From Macrostomum lignano (Eukaryota), in assembly GCA_002269645.1 (NCBI GenBank), contig NIVC01001335.1:124001-188000 (forward strand): DNA of 64,000 nucleotides, written 5' to 3'. Below are positions 62,455 through 64,000 of this stretch, piece after piece. The notes beneath the pieces were generated by a model. The model did no database searches, had not been told where the DNA came from, and was given only the letters and a program-made list of their open reading frames with translations. A program made the position numbers and the translations under genes. How positions within the stretch are numbered: position 1 is the stretch's first letter; each line of letters opens with the position of its first letter.

Positions 62455-63790
62455 AGAAAGCCAAGGAATCTGGGAGGTTGGGGCGGCCCAGCAACTGAGG
62501 ATCTGGGAGGTTGGGGCGGCCGAGCAACTGAGGATCTGGGAGGTTGGGGCGGCCCAGCAACTGAGGATCTGGGAGGCTGGGGCGGCCCAGCAACTGAGGA
62601 TCTGGGAGGCTGGCGTTGGTAGCCCAGCAACTGAGGATCTGGGAGGCTGGGGCGGCCCAGCAACTGAGGATCTGGGAGGCTGGGGCGGCCCAGCAACTGA
62701 GGATCTGGGAGGTTGGGGCGGCCCAGCAACTGAGGATCTGGGAGGCTGGGGCGGCCCAGCAACTGAGGATCTGGGAGGCTGGCGTTGGTAGCCCAGCAAC
62801 TGAGGATCTGGGAGGCTGACGTTGGTAGCCCAGCAACTGAGGATCTGGGAGGCTGGCGTTGGTAGCCCAGCAACTGAGGATCTGGGAGGCTGGGGCGGCC
62901 CAGCAACTGAGGATCTGGGAGGCTGGGGCGGCCCAGCAACTGAGGATCTGGGAGGCTGGCGTTGGTAGCCCAGCAACTGAGGATCTGGGAGGCTGGGGCG
63001 GCCCAGCAACTGAGGATCTGGGAGGCTGGGGCGGCCCAGCAACTGAGGATCTGGGAGGCTGGCGTTGGTAGCCCAGCAACTGAGGATCTGGAAGGCTGGG
63101 GCGGCCCAGCAACTGAGGATCTGGGAGGCTGGCGTTGGTAGCCCAGCAACTGAGGATCTGGGAGGCTGACGTTGGTAGCCCAGCAACTGAGGATCTGGGA
63201 GGCTGGCGTTGGTAGCCCAGCAACTGAGGATCTGGGAGGCTGGCGTTGGTAGCCCAGCAACTGAGGATCTGGGAGGCTGGGGCGGCCCAGCAACTGAGGA
63301 TCTGGGAGGCTGACGTTGGTAGCCCAGCAACTGAGGATCTGGGAGGCTGACGTTGGTAGCCTAGCAACTGAGGATCTGGGAGGCTGGCGTTGGTAGCCCA
63401 GCAACTGAGGATCTGGGAGGCTGACGTTGGTAGCCCAGCAACTGAGGATCTGGAAGGCTGGGGCGGCGCAGCAACTGAGGATCTGGGAGGCTGGGGTCGC
63501 CCAGCAACTGAGGATGGGGGGTTGGTGGTGGTCGCCCAGCAACTGAGGATCTGGGAGGCTGGGGTCGCCCAGCAACTGAGGATCTGGGAGGCTGGGGTCG
63601 CCCAGCAACTGAGGATCTGGGAGGCTGGGGTCGCCCAGCAACTGAGGATCTGGGAGGCTGGGGTCGCCCAGCAACTGAGGATCTGGGAGGCTGGGGTCGC
63701 CCAGCAACTGAGGATCTGGGAGGCTGGGGTCGCCCAGCAACTGAGGATCTGGGAGGCTGGGGTCGCCCAGCAACTGAGAAACTGGGAGAC
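62455..63790. repeat. 33/37-bp minisatellite CCCAGCAACTGAGGATCTGGGAGGCTG + (GGGCGG | GCGTTGGTAG | GGGTCG)
   Basis: About 39 copies with interspersed variants. Confidence 0.96.
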
Positions 63791-63938
63791 TGGTGGCAGC
63801 CCAAAAACTCCGAACCTGGAAGGCAGGGACTTAAAGAAGTGCAGCTTGCAGATTGAGATTTTTATCTATTTAAAGCGAATGTCGGCTCTCGAGTCCCGAA
63901 AGTACTTTGGTTGCAGCAAGACGGCAACAGTCACTCAC

Positions 63939-64000
63939 CCTGTCAAGATCTCCAGTCGCCGCGGGGGGGGGGGTGCAGGCAAGGCGCCCAGCAGGCAAAA
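63939..64000 (-). CDS. Possible upstream ERC exon or microexon (ends RLEILTG)
   Basis: Strong donor AGG|GTGAGT whose phase 2 matches the 61433 acceptor. The 5' boundary is unresolved. Confidence 0.4.

Noticed and set aside
62358-63804. Pro-rich 300-470 aa ORFs; similarly 55027-56579, 23052-23923 and 25735-26666
   Set aside because: Periodic translations of minisatellites inside introns or intergenic DNA, with no splice-compatible boundaries.

Overview
Eukaryotic, intron-rich genomic DNA with strongly GC3-biased exons. By my hand estimate about 30 of the 64 kb lies in about 44 micro/minisatellite arrays. The style resembles the flatworm Macrostomum (inference, not verified). Four protein-coding genes were rebuilt by hand with phase-consistent GT-AG junctions. 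(1) The 3' end of a protocadherin (+, exons 1-331, 6850-7043, 12124-12579). (2) A signal peptide-CUB-like-C-type lectin-TM receptor (+, from 30146). (3) An intronless TEX261/Svp26 gene (-, 34458-35099). (4) A very long ELKS/ERC/CAST/Bruchpilot-family gene (-, 17 exons at 38141-61433, at least 1658 aa, start outside the window). Most long ORFs in the supplied track are artefacts of repeats or antisense shadows of exons. The most interesting signals follow. An intron-private minisatellite occurs in 15 of 16 ERC introns, and some arrays are built from the splice sites themselves. Reverse-complementary GACA/TGTC arrays bracket blocks of ERC exons. Short sequence cores are shared among otherwise unrelated arrays. 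The (TTAG)n arrays all read TTAG on the sense strand. A hairpin-capped telomere-variant array is present. ERC and TEX261 may form a trans-spliced operon.
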